Positions 1 to 9,327 of a stretch of 64,000 bases of DNA are shown here, one piece after another. The position numbers and the translations under genes were made by a program. Location: assembly GCA_021157625.1 (NCBI GenBank), contig JAGGWD010000015.1, positions 13,800 through 77,799 on the forward strand. The letters run 5' to 3'. The notes beneath the pieces were generated by a model. The model saw only the letters and a list, made by a program, of their open reading frames with translations, had not been told where the DNA came from and ran no database searches. Position 1 is the stretch's first letter. Each line of letters begins with the position of its first letter. This DNA is from a bacterium. Its GTDB lineage: Bacteria > Patescibacteriota > Minisyncoccia > Minisyncoccales > JAGGXC01.

Positions 1-815
1 GCTGTATAAGCAGTATTGGTACCTTTTACAATTGAAGAAACGATAGGTATTTTCAGCACCAATCCATCAAAAAACTTGCTTCCTTTTTTTGTCTTAAGGA
101 TCCGTTTAATGAGAAAAAGAATTCCAATAACTATTACCAGAAAGAGATACCAGAATTTAGTAATAAAATTAGCGCTATAGATTACCAGACGAGTAGTAAA
201 AGGAAGTTCTATTCCTAACTCATTAAAAGTTTGAGATAATTTTGGCACTACCATAATTAACATAAGTATTCCTATTCCTACCATTGCTATAATAATCACT
301 GCTGGATAAATCAAAGCACCTTTCACTCTTTCTTTTAATTCATAGGTTCTTTCCATCTGATAAGAAAGGTTTTCTAGAACTTGCTCTAAATTTCCTGATT
401 CCTCTCCTATCTTTACCATATTCCAGAAGATTTCTGGAAAAATATCAGGCCATCTTTTCATAGATTCTGAAAGAGCTTTTCCTCTTATCACTTCTTCTCT
501 GATATCCAAGAGTGCTCTTTTAAACCTGTTGTTCTTTGTCTGAGAAGCAAGAACTGCTAAAGCTCGCGGAAGAGGAACTCCCGTTCTTACCATTAATGCA
601 AAATTTCGTGTAAAAAAGAGTTTTTCTTTTAAAGAAACTCTTCTAAAGCTAAAAGAGAGCTCTATTTTCTTTTTAGCTTTCTGTTCTGTAGCGGAAATCA
701 AAATGTATCCTTTCTCTCGAAGGATCTTTGCTAATTCATGTTCGTTGGCAGCTTCAGAAACACCTTTTTCTATCTCGCCTGTTTGAGAAGTAGCTGTATA
801 AGAATATCGAGGCAT
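1..815 (-). CDS. pilC: Type IV pilus / type II secretion platform protein PilC/GspF (partial, C-terminus cut by window edge)
   Basis: Reverse-strand translation from the ATG at 815-813 gives MPRYSYTATSQTGEIEKG...FFTRNFALMVRTGVPL...KIGEESGNLE..., the typical GspF/PilC repeat domain with polytopic TM segments. It sits directly downstream of the PilB ATPase on the same strand. Confidence 0.75.
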   Translation of the reverse strand, partial: MPRYSYTATSQTGEIEKGVSEAANEHELAKILREKGYILISATEQKAKKKIELSFSFRRVSLKEKLFFTRNFALMVRTGVPLPRALAVLASQTKNNRFKRALLDIREEVIRGKALSESMKRWPDIFPEIFWNMVKIGEESGNLEQVLENLSYQMERTYELKERVKGALIYPAVIIIAMVGIGILMLIMVVPKLSQTFNELGIELPFTTRLVIYSANFITKFWYLFLVIVIGILFLIKRILKTKKGSKFFDGLVLKIPIVSSIVKGTNTAYT

Positions 816-822
816 ATCTTGA

Positions 823-2568
823 TTATTCTATAATAACTCTAAGAACTTCCTCGATTGAAGTAATTCCTTGAGCCGCTTTGATAAAACCATCTTCTATCAT
901 TGTTCTCATTCCTTCCTTTCGAGCCTGTGCTTGAATTTCATCAGCTGTGGCTGATTTATTAATGAGTTCCTTTATTGACTCGGAGACAGCAAGTACTTCA
1001 AAAATTCCTATCCGTCCTGAATATCCATCTGGACAATCTTTGGAAGGTTTAGGTCGAAAAAATGTTATATCAGCCAAAGTATCTTTGGGCCGTGCTAGCC
1101 CTTCTTCTTTTAAAACCTTAAGGATCATAGAGGTATCGCAATATTTCTCCAAACTTTTGATCTCTGACTTCTTGAGGGTGTAGCTTTGTTTCTCCTCACA
1201 TAAACGTCGTACTAGTCTTTGAGCTAACACAATATTCAGAGTAGAGGAAATTAGAAAAGGCTCTGCCTTCATATCAATTAAACGAGGAATTGCTCCAGCC
1301 GCATTAGTGGTGTGAAGAGTCGAAAGGACCAAATGACCAGTAAGGGCAGCATTTATCGCCAAAGAAGCAGTCTCAGAGTCTCGAATCTCTCCCACCATCA
1401 AAATATCTGGATCTTGTCTGAGGAGTGATCTCAAGCCCGAGGCAAAAGTGAGACCAATCTTAGGATTGACTTGTGTTTGATTAACTCGAGGCATTCTATA
1501 CTCCACAGGATCTTCAATGGTAGAAATGTTAACTTCGGGAGTATTAAGAATCTCCATCATTGCATAAAGGGTAGTAGTCTTTCCTGAACCAGTAGGTCCG
1601 GTTACAAGAATCATTCCTACTGGTCTACGTAAAGCTCTTTGAACTTTCTCAAGAGCTTCTCCTCTCAAACCAAGCTCTTCTAAAGTGTATGCTTTAGCTG
1701 TTTCTGAAAGCAATCTCATTACCACTTTTTCACCATTTATTGTAGGCAAAATAGAAACCCTAATTGAATATTTATAATCTTCCGATTCTACTTTAAACCG
1801 ACCATCCTGAGGAAGACGATGTTCATCTAATTTTAGATTAGATAAAACTTTTATCCTTGCTACAATACCAGACGCTGCTTTCTTGGGAAGCGTCATTGCT
1901 TCTCTCAAAATTCCATCTATTCGATATCGAACCAAGACTTCCTTCTCTGTGGGTTCTATATGAATATCAGAAGCTCTTTGAAGAATAGCATGACGAATTA
2001 AAGTATCTACAATTCTTATCACAGGAAGCTCCTCAGCAACTTTTTTAAGTTCTTTTTCTTCTTCAAGTGGCTTCTCTTTTATTACTTTAATTCCTCCCGC
2101 TTCCTTCTTAATAAGTTCTCCAAACTCAGCCTCGAGAGTTTTCTGATATTGCCTCAGGGCATTTTTAATGCTCGCAGGATTTGTAAGTCTAGGTAAAATT
2201 CGAAGGTTAGCTTTCTTTCTTATAAACTCAATGGTTCTTAAATCTTCAGGATCCAGCATTGCTACTTCTAGATCCTTTCCTTTTTTTCTGAAAGCAATAA
2301 TGTTATGAGATCTTGCAATCGGTTCAGGGATGATCTTTAAAACTTCCGGAGGAATCTTTTCTTTCTCTAAATTCACAAAAGGAATACCCAAGATATAGGC
2401 TTTAAGACGAATAAGCTCTTCTTGAGAAACTAGCCCTTCTGAGATTAAAACATCTTCTACCCTTTTCCCTGTCTTTTGAGCTTTTTTTAGGGCTTTATCA
2501 AACTGCTTTTCTTCAACTAGTCCCGCATCTAATAAAAAAGCTTTTAATCTTTTTGGTTCAACTTGCAT
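823..2568 (-). CDS. pilB: Type IV pilus assembly ATPase PilB / GspE family (581 aa)
   Basis: N-terminal GSPII_E_N-like region, Walker A GPTGSGKTT, Asp box and His box, and the C-terminal Cys motif of GspE/PilB. Operonic with pilC. Confidence 0.85.
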   Translation of the reverse strand: MQVEPKRLKAFLLDAGLVEEKQFDKALKKAQKTGKRVEDVLISEGLVSQEELIRLKAYILGIPFVNLEKEKIPPEVLKIIPEPIARSHNIIAFRKKGKDLEVAMLDPEDLRTIEFIRKKANLRILPRLTNPASIKNALRQYQKTLEAEFGELIKKEAGGIKVIKEKPLEEEKELKKVAEELPVIRIVDTLIRHAILQRASDIHIEPTEKEVLVRYRIDGILREAMTLPKKAASGIVARIKVLSNLKLDEHRLPQDGRFKVESEDYKYSIRVSILPTINGEKVVMRLLSETAKAYTLEELGLRGEALEKVQRALRRPVGMILVTGPTGSGKTTTLYAMMEILNTPEVNISTIEDPVEYRMPRVNQTQVNPKIGLTFASGLRSLLRQDPDILMVGEIRDSETASLAINAALTGHLVLSTLHTTNAAGAIPRLIDMKAEPFLISSTLNIVLAQRLVRRLCEEKQSYTLKKSEIKSLEKYCDTSMILKVLKEEGLARPKDTLADITFFRPKPSKDCPDGYSGRIGIFEVLAVSESIKELINKSATADEIQAQARKEGMRTMIEDGFIKAAQGITSIEEVLRVIIE

Positions 2569-2594
2569 ATTTTTTTAAGTATCCTCTTGCTAAT

Positions 2595-2972
2595 CTATTC
2601 TTCACTGTCTCCCAATGTCTTTTTAATCTTTTTTATTACCTCTTCTAGACTATAATTAACCTTTACAAGATAAGTTGTGGCTCCCAGTTCTAGAGCTTTA
2701 TCAATATCAGACATTCTCTCTAAGTTAGTAAGAATTATCACAGGAATTTCTTTTGTTTGAGGATCTTCTTTGAGTTTTTTCAGAACTTCAAAACCGTTTA
2801 AACGAGGAAGGATAAGATCAAGAAGAATTAAATCAGGCTTCTGTGTTTGAGCTAATTTAAGACCTGTTTCTCCATCAAGCGCAGAAATTATATCATAGCC
2901 TTCTGCTCTCAGGGCTTTTTCAAAGGTTTTTTGAAGCACTGATTCGTCTTCGATGAATAAGATCTTTTTCAT
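2595..2972 (-). CDS. Response regulator, receiver domain only (CheY-like)
   Basis: 125 aa with the DD...D...T...K receiver signature (IEDE, LILLDLILP, K at C-term) and no output domain. Adjacent to a histidine kinase. Confidence 0.8.
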   Translation of the reverse strand: MKKILFIEDESVLQKTFEKALRAEGYDIISALDGETGLKLAQTQKPDLILLDLILPRLNGFEVLKKLKEDPQTKEIPVIILTNLERMSDIDKALELGATTYLVKVNYSLEEVIKKIKKTLGDSEE

Positions 2973-3047
2973 AGTTTTAGAACAGAGAAAAACTTTTTTG
3001 TTGTTTCTCTCTGTCGTTATATTTAATTAATAAAATTTTTTAAAAAT

Positions 3048-4007
3048 TTATTGTTGTTGTTCAGCAATAGGTATAGTAAACCAAAAAGTGCTTCCTTTTC
3101 CCTCTTGAGACTTGAATCCTATTTTTCCCTTGTGAGCAAGAATAATTGACTTTGCTATAAACAAACCAAGTCCTGACCCCTGTGTTTGATGTTTGAAAGC
3201 ACTTTTAGCACGGAAAAATTTCTGAAAGATATATTTCTGATCTTCTTTGGGAATACCTACTCCTGAATCTTTAACTTCAAGATAAAGAGATTTATCTTTC
3301 TTGAATACTGAAATTTCTACTTCTCCTTTACCTTTGCTATACTTAATAGCATTATCTAAAAAGTTCTCTATTACTTCTCTAATGCGAGCTTGGTCTCCAA
3401 ACGCTTTGGGAAGATTTTCTTGAATATTGAGTGTGATTTTTACATTAGAAGCTTCTGCATAAGCACGTGCACTAGTAATAACTTTTTGAACTAATTCTTT
3501 TAATGAGAAGGGTTTCTTGTCCAAGGGAAATTGTCCTGCCTCGATTTTAGATGCAGTAATTATTTTATTTATTAACTCTTCCAGCCTTTTACTATTTTCC
3601 GCCAGAATATCTAAGTATTCTTTCTGGTCATTGGATATTGTACCAATCTTTCCAGATACCAAAAGATCAATGATCCATTTTAAATTAGCAAAAGGGGCTC
3701 TTAACTGGTGTGTCATGATCGTCAAAAACTCCATTTTTAGACGAGCAGCATCAGCCAATTTCTCCACTCCATGAGTAACTACATACGCCATAATTAGGAG
3801 GATCCAACTAATTAAAAGAACTATTAATGCAATCAACAAAGGATCATCTATATATTTAAAGCTAATGCTATAAGTAAAAAGAGCAGAAATAATAATAACT
3901 ATCCCCATTAGCACAAAAATAAACTGAGGACACTGCCATATAGGAAGTGGATATTTTTTACACTGCTGACGAATATTTAATCGCTGAAGAATAGTTTCTT
4001 TATTCAT
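3048..4007 (-). CDS. Sensor histidine kinase (2 TM, HisKA + HATPase_c)
   Basis: Two N-terminal TM helices, an H-box (THQLRAPF), and N, G1 (DSGVGI), G2 (GSGLGL) boxes. Confidence 0.8.
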   Translation of the reverse strand: MNKETILQRLNIRQQCKKYPLPIWQCPQFIFVLMGIVIIISALFTYSISFKYIDDPLLIALIVLLISWILLIMAYVVTHGVEKLADAARLKMEFLTIMTHQLRAPFANLKWIIDLLVSGKIGTISNDQKEYLDILAENSKRLEELINKIITASKIEAGQFPLDKKPFSLKELVQKVITSARAYAEASNVKITLNIQENLPKAFGDQARIREVIENFLDNAIKYSKGKGEVEISVFKKDKSLYLEVKDSGVGIPKEDQKYIFQKFFRAKSAFKHQTQGSGLGLFIAKSIILAHKGKIGFKSQEGKGSTFWFTIPIAEQQQ

Positions 4008-4097
4008 TAATTCTATTATACCCCAGAGAGAAAAATTAAAGCAAGGAAAATACTTGTCAAAAAATCTGCTCTATAGTAAAATGCTAAATGCATTATA

Positions 4098-4168
4098 CGG
4101 AGAGTGGTGTAATGGTAGCACGAGTCCTTTGGGAGGATTTAGTCCGGGTTCAAATCCCGGCTCTCCGA
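4098..4168 (+). tRNA. tRNA-Pro (anticodon UGG)
   Basis: Cloverleaf read by eye: 7-bp acceptor stem cggagag/ctctccg with the C1:G72 pair typical of tRNA-Pro, anticodon stem agtcc/ggatt with loop ttTGGga, T-arm ccggg-ttcaaat-cccgg. No encoded CCA. Confidence 0.8.
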
Positions 4169-4176
4169 AAGAAAAT

Positions 4177-4247
4177 GCGGGATTAGTTGAGCGGTTCAAC
4201 GTCACCCTTCCAAGGTGAAAAGACGGGTTCGACTCCCGTATCCCGCT
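4177..4247 (+). tRNA. tRNA-Gly (anticodon UCC)
   Basis: Acceptor gcgggat/atcccgc, anticodon stem tcacc/ggtga with loop ctTCCaa, T-arm acggg-ttcgact-cccgt. No CCA. Confidence 0.75.
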
Positions 4248-4255
4248 CAAGAATA

Positions 4256-4288
4256 CAAAAACCCCTTGCTTTTAGCGACGGGGTTTTT
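4256..4288. terminator. Bidirectional intrinsic terminator (A-run, GC hairpin, T-run)
   Basis: aaaaacccc...ggggttttt between convergent units: the tRNA pair on + and the hup gene on -. Confidence 0.5.
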
Positions 4289-4311
4289 GTATATCACAAA
4301 AAACCAAAGTC

Positions 4312-4584
4312 TTATTTCACTGCTTTCTTTAATTGCTTTCCGGGTTTAAAGCGAGGGACTTTCCTTGCAGGAATTTTTATCTTTTCTCCTGTTTGTGGAT
4401 TTCGACCTGTTCTTGCTTTTCTTTTTGCTACCAAAAAAGTACCAAACCCAGTCAGTGCCACTGTTTTTCCTTTAGCTAGAGCGTTAGTAATCTCATCAAG
4501 AATTGTATTCAAACAAGCTGTCGCACAAGCCTTTGAACACTTTGCTTTCTTGGCAAGAATTTTTACAAGATCTCCTTTTGTCAT
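4312..4584 (-). CDS. hup: DNA-binding protein HU
   Basis: 90 aa with HU/IHF family motifs (GFGTF, RKARTGRNPQTGE). Confidence 0.85.
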   Translation of the reverse strand: MTKGDLVKILAKKAKCSKACATACLNTILDEITNALAKGKTVALTGFGTFLVAKRKARTGRNPQTGEKIKIPARKVPRFKPGKQLKKAVK

Positions 4585-4633
4585 ATTTTTTGACTTTTTG
4601 ATTAACTACGACCTTTACTTCATTATATCATTT

Positions 4634-6169
4634 CTATCTCGCATACTCAACTATCCGTGATTCTCTTATTAAAGTAATCTTTATTTCTCCCGGATACTTA
4701 AGTTCTGATTCAATTTTTTTCGCAATTTGTCGAGCTAATTCTCTGGCTTTAAGATCATCTACTTCTTCTGGTTTTACAAATACTCTGATTTCTCTTCCTG
4801 CCTGAAGCGCATAAGCTTTTTGAACTCCTTCAAAAGAAAGAGCAACTTTCTCAAGCGTTTCTAACCTCTTCAGGTAATTCTCCAAAGTATCTTTCCTTGC
4901 ACCGGGACGACTTCCAGAGATTGCATCAGCTACATGGACTATCACTGCTTCTAGTGTCTCTGGGGGATAATCTTCATGATGAGATTTCATTGCATCAATG
5001 ACTTTTTTCTCTACTCCGAATTTCTCTAAAATTCTTATCCCAATGTCAACATGAGACCCTTCGATCTGGTGATCAACGGCTTTCCCAATATCATGTAAGA
5101 GACCTGCTTTCTTTGCCACTTCTGAATCTGCACCCAACTCATCAGCTAAAGCGCCAGCAAGATGAGCTACTTCAATTGAATGAAGTAAAACGTTCTGACC
5201 ATAACTCCGTCTGAAATAAAGCCTTCCCAAAAGATTAATTAAGCGAGGATCGAGTCCTATTACCCCTACATCATAAACTGCCTGTTGGCCAAGTTCTTTT
5301 ATTTTTTCAGCTATTTCCTCTTTTACTTTTTGAACAGTGTCCTCAATTCTTGCTGGTTGGATTCGTCCGTCAGCAATCAGCCTTTCTAGAGCAATCTTAG
5401 CAATTTGGCGACGAATAGGATCAAAAGCAGAGATAATGACAGTCTCCGGCGCTTCATCAATTATCAACTCAGTACCAGTTACTTTCTCAAAAGTCTGAAT
5501 ATTGCGCCCTTCTTTTCCAATAATCCTACCTTTTATATCTTCATTTGGTAAAGTAACAGTGGTGGTAGTAAGCTCTTGAGCTTGAGAAACGGCCAACTTC
5601 TGAATAACAGTAGCAAGGATTTCTTTTGCTCTGGCTTGAAACCTTTCTTCCTTTTCTTTTTCTAATTTCTTAATCTTCTCTAGAATTTCTTTCTGATACT
5701 CTGCTTCCAGACTCGCAAACAATTCTTTTTTGGCCTGCGATTTCTTTAATCCTGAAATCCTCTCAAGATTTTTCACAGCTTCCTCCTTTAGTTTCTCCAA
5801 GGTTTCTTTTATTTTCTTAACCTTCTCTATTTTTTCTGTAAGTTCTTTCTCTTTGTTCTCAAGCTCACTAGATTTTTCATTTAGAACTTTTTCTCTTTCC
5901 AAGAGAAGATCCTGAATCTTCAAAAGCTCTGCTTTCTTCTGAGATTCTTCTCTCTGGGCTCGTTCTATAATACTGGACGCTCTTCTCTTTGCTTTCGCTA
6001 AAATCTCTTCACTTTCTTGCTTGGCTTGAGAGATCTTTCTTTGAAGCGTTTCTTCAATCGAACCAATTTTCCTCCGAGCAATAGATTGACGAGTAAAATA
6101 TCCCACCAGAGAACCTAACGCTAAACAAACTGTTGCTACAATGATTAGTGAAAAGGGTTCCATTTCCAT
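4634..6169 (-). CDS. rny: Ribonuclease Y (N-terminal TM anchor, coiled coil, KH, HD domain)
   Basis: 511 aa with an N-terminal TM, a long coiled coil, KH motif (IGKEGRNI) and HD motif (LLHDIGK...H...D). Confidence 0.85.
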   Translation of the reverse strand: MEMEPFSLIIVATVCLALGSLVGYFTRQSIARRKIGSIEETLQRKISQAKQESEEILAKAKRRASSIIERAQREESQKKAELLKIQDLLLEREKVLNEKSSELENKEKELTEKIEKVKKIKETLEKLKEEAVKNLERISGLKKSQAKKELFASLEAEYQKEILEKIKKLEKEKEERFQARAKEILATVIQKLAVSQAQELTTTTVTLPNEDIKGRIIGKEGRNIQTFEKVTGTELIIDEAPETVIISAFDPIRRQIAKIALERLIADGRIQPARIEDTVQKVKEEIAEKIKELGQQAVYDVGVIGLDPRLINLLGRLYFRRSYGQNVLLHSIEVAHLAGALADELGADSEVAKKAGLLHDIGKAVDHQIEGSHVDIGIRILEKFGVEKKVIDAMKSHHEDYPPETLEAVIVHVADAISGSRPGARKDTLENYLKRLETLEKVALSFEGVQKAYALQAGREIRVFVKPEEVDDLKARELARQIAKKIESELKYPGEIKITLIRESRIVEYAR

Positions 6170-6249
6170 GTTTTATTTCAGAATTTTGGCCACTTAACAT
6201 CTCCTCGATGATAAGGACCTAAATTCTGGAGTTTAGTGATATTTACAAA

Positions 6250-6276
6250 AACAAACCCACTCCTTAGGTGGGTTTG
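6250..6276 (-). terminator. Intrinsic terminator downstream of clpP
   Basis: Hairpin aaacccac-ctaagga-gtgggttt followed by a T-run on the minus strand just after the clpP stop. Confidence 0.5.
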
Positions 6277-6317
6277 GTACACTTTCAAGATTATTATTTC
6301 TTCGCTAAAACTCTTTC

Positions 6318-6923
6318 TTATTCTTTTGCTTTCAGTTTACTTTCTTTGGTTTCCAAAACTTCATCAATAATACCATACTCTTTTGCTTCTTGAGCAGAAA
6401 GGAAAAGATCACGATCAGTATCTTTTTCAATCTTCTTAATCGGTTGACCTGTATGCTTGGAGAGTATCCGATTAAGTTTATCTTTGATCTTCATCATATG
6501 CTTCGTCCAAATTTCTACATCTACTGCCTGACCAGCGGCTTTTCCCATTACTTGATGAAGAAGTATCTCAGAATTTGGTAAAGCATATCTTTTGCCTTTG
6601 GCTCCAGCAGCAAGCAAAATTGCTCCACCCGAGGCTGCTTGTCCAAGACAGCATGTCGAAACATCGCATTCTACATATTGCATAGTATCATATATAGCTA
6701 AAGCAGAAGTAACTATCCCACCTGGACTGTTTATATAAAGATAAATATCTTTTTTAGGATCTTGAGAAGCTAAGAACAATAATTGAGCAATGATCAAATT
6801 AGCCAGTCCATCAGTAATTGGTCCTGTTAGCAAAATTATCCTTTCCTTCAAAAGCCGTGAATAAATATCATAAGCTCTTTCTCCGAATTGACTTTTCTCA
6901 ACTATTGTTGGGACTAAGGGCAT
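6318..6923 (-). CDS. clpP: ATP-dependent Clp protease proteolytic subunit
   Basis: 201 aa with the catalytic Ser context GQAASGGA and His/Asp motifs; highly conserved ClpP sequence. Confidence 0.9.
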   Translation of the reverse strand: MPLVPTIVEKSQFGERAYDIYSRLLKERIILLTGPITDGLANLIIAQLLFLASQDPKKDIYLYINSPGGIVTSALAIYDTMQYVECDVSTCCLGQAASGGAILLAAGAKGKRYALPNSEILLHQVMGKAAGQAVDVEIWTKHMMKIKDKLNRILSKHTGQPIKKIEKDTDRDLFLSAQEAKEYGIIDEVLETKESKLKAKE

Positions 6924-6950
6924 AGTTTTTGATGAAATATCAGGTTGGTA

Positions 6951-8231
6951 TCAAACTCTTTCAGCAAAACCCTCCAATAATTGAAGAGTTTTCTCATTAA
7001 TAATTCTCTCCTTAGTATACTCTTTTAACTTCTCCAAATCAAGTGACTTGGCAGATTCAATATCTGGATAATTCTTAAGTAACTGATTAATCTGATCTTC
7101 TATCTCTTGAGGAGAAGCGGTAATATTTTCTCTCTTACTGATTTCTCTAAGAACCAGAGAGATCTTAATGTTCCTGAGTGCTGGCTCCAGAAAGCTATCT
7201 TTGATTTCTTTCTCTGTTTTCTTTGTTTTTGCTAAATAATCTTCAAACGACATCTTAGAGTTATTCAAAAAACTTTCTTTAAATTCAGAGAACAATCTAT
7301 TTTTTTCTGCTTCTATAAGAACTTGAGGAATATCCCATCTAATAGAATTAATGATTTTTTCTAAAATTTTCTGTCTGAATTTTTCTTTTGCTTTATTTTC
7401 TTTTTCTGCCAAGATCCCTTCTCTTATACTTTCTTTCAAAGAAGAGAGGTCCCGAAAGTTTCCAAGAGATTGAGCAAATCTATCATTTAATTCAGGTAAT
7501 TCCATTCTAAATACAGAAATCAGTTTTATTTTGAAAGTTACTTTTTTCCCTGCTAGCTCTCTCACAAAGTGATTTTGAGGAATAGTTAAAGAAAATTCCT
7601 CTGTTTCTTGACCTGCTTTCATTCCTTCTATTTTTTGCTCAAATCCAGGAATAAAACCTCCCTGTCCTAAAATAAAACCGTCCTTTCTTTTCTTTCCATT
7701 TTCTATCTGGGGAGAAAAATATTCAATTTCGACAAAATCTCCCTTTCTTGCTTCTCTGCCGAGAGCAATTAACTTTGCTCGAGAACGACGCAACCAATCT
7801 ATTGTCTTCTGAACTTCTTGATCGCTAACCTGAACCCTTTCTCTTTTCAGAGAAGATGCAATCTTCCGGTAATCTGGCAGTTCAATTTCTGGTAGAACTG
7901 TCACTCTGGCTCTAAAACTAAACGGACTTCCGAGAGCCATCTTTAGAATTTCGATCTTTGGCCTATCAATTACCTGAAGATTGTTTTCTTTTACAATCTT
8001 TATGTAATATTGAGTTACCGCTTCTTGAGCAGCCCTCTCAAGAATCCGTAGCGTTCCTATTTTCTCCTCTATTATCGATTGAGGAACATGCCCTTTTCTG
8101 AAACCTTTAATTTCTATATCTTTCCCTAAATCAGAAATTGCCTTTCTGTAATATAAAACAAACTCTTCTGAAGGAATTTCAACTTTTATTTCAATTTCGG
8201 AATTAGATATTTTTTTAATTGACTGAGTCAT
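6951..8231 (-). CDS. tig: Trigger factor
   Basis: 426 aa with an N-terminal ribosome-binding region (GFRKGHVP motif) and a typical tig-clpP arrangement. Confidence 0.8.
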   Translation of the reverse strand: MTQSIKKISNSEIEIKVEIPSEEFVLYYRKAISDLGKDIEIKGFRKGHVPQSIIEEKIGTLRILERAAQEAVTQYYIKIVKENNLQVIDRPKIEILKMALGSPFSFRARVTVLPEIELPDYRKIASSLKRERVQVSDQEVQKTIDWLRRSRAKLIALGREARKGDFVEIEYFSPQIENGKKRKDGFILGQGGFIPGFEQKIEGMKAGQETEEFSLTIPQNHFVRELAGKKVTFKIKLISVFRMELPELNDRFAQSLGNFRDLSSLKESIREGILAEKENKAKEKFRQKILEKIINSIRWDIPQVLIEAEKNRLFSEFKESFLNNSKMSFEDYLAKTKKTEKEIKDSFLEPALRNIKISLVLREISKRENITASPQEIEDQINQLLKNYPDIESAKSLDLEKLKEYTKERIINEKTLQLLEGFAERV

Positions 8232-8264
8232 TGGAATATGATAGCATCTGAATAGTTCTTTGAG

Positions 8265-8753
8265 GTGAGAATAATGATTAGGAGATTAATAGCCGGTTTT
8301 GTTCTCCTTTGCTTCAACGGAATAGGAGGAGTTACTGCTTATCGATTGCTTGGAATACCTTTTCATATTACTTTTTTCATTGTGACTGTATACTGGTCGG
8401 GCACACTACTCCTTACCTATTATGGGACAGGATGGATAGCCAAAAGAATAAGAAAATGGAAATATATCAATATTCTTATCAGCTCAGCAACAGGCTGGTG
8501 GAGACAAAAAATGGTACTTCTCCAAAGTCAAGAAAGACTAAGGGAAAAATGTATTCTCTGGCTAGTGAAGCAAAAAGAATGGGTTGTGATGGTGCTTACT
8601 TTTGTTCCTCTTATTCCTGAACTACCAACCATAACCATCATAGCAGCTCGACTAATGAAAATAAAATATGCACTTCCTATCCTCTTGACAGGGAATCTTT
8701 TCAGAACGTTTGTATTGGTAGCAACTATTTATCACCTCCTTCCTTCTCTATAA
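8265..8753 (+). CDS. Hypothetical polytopic membrane protein (162 aa)
   Basis: Multiple predicted TM helices and no recognisable motif. Confidence 0.35.
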   Translation: MRIMIRRLIAGFVLLCFNGIGGVTAYRLLGIPFHITFFIVTVYWSGTLLLTYYGTGWIAKRIRKWKYINILISSATGWWRQKMVLLQSQERLREKCILWLVKQKEWVVMVLTFVPLIPELPTITIIAARLMKIKYALPILLTGNLFRTFVLVATIYHLLPSL

Positions 8754-8758
8754 GCGTC

Positions 8759-9313
8759 CTAGCACGCTTCTTTTTGTTTCTGGCGCCAGGCTTTTGCGGC
8801 CTTCTCGATTATTTGAAATGCTTCTTTGCGATCTTTCCATCCCTCTACTTTTACATACTTGTATTTCTCCTTTTCCAGTTTTTTATAATCAGAAAAGAAG
8901 AGTTTTATTTCTTCTCTTAGGTGTTCGCCCAAATCCTCAATATCTCTTATTTCCTTAAATCGTGGATCTACTTTATCAACTGGCACAGCAATAATTTTGT
9001 TATCTGGTCCTTTCTCATCTTTCATCAAAAGCACACCAATAGGACGAGCTTTCACTACGCAACCCGAAAAAGTTGGATAAGTAGCTAAAAGCACAACATC
9101 CAGAGAATCGCCGTCTTCAGAACATGTTTGAGGAATAAACCCGTATTCAAAAGGAAAGAACAAAGGAGAATAAATCACTCTATCTAGTTCAAAATAACCT
9201 TTTTCTTCATTGTATTCGAACTTGCTTTTTGAACCTTTAGGAATATCGATTACAACATTAATCTCTTCAGGTAGATTCTCTCCTGGATGTATATCTTTAA
9301 AGAGATTAGTCAT
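8759..9313 (-). CDS. ppa: Inorganic pyrophosphatase
   Basis: 184 aa family I PPase motifs (DxDxD-type acidic residues, NVVIDIPKGS, DGDPLDVL-like segment). Confidence 0.85.
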   Translation of the reverse strand: MTNLFKDIHPGENLPEEINVVIDIPKGSKSKFEYNEEKGYFELDRVIYSPLFFPFEYGFIPQTCSEDGDSLDVVLLATYPTFSGCVVKARPIGVLLMKDEKGPDNKIIAVPVDKVDPRFKEIRDIEDLGEHLREEIKLFFSDYKKLEKEKYKYVKVEGWKDRKEAFQIIEKAAKAWRQKQKEAC

Positions 9314-9327
9314 AGTTTAAAATAAAA

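Noticed and set aside
4187-4660. 157-aa plus-strand ORF
   Set aside because: It runs through tRNA-Gly and the terminator, and is antisense to the well-conserved hup gene.
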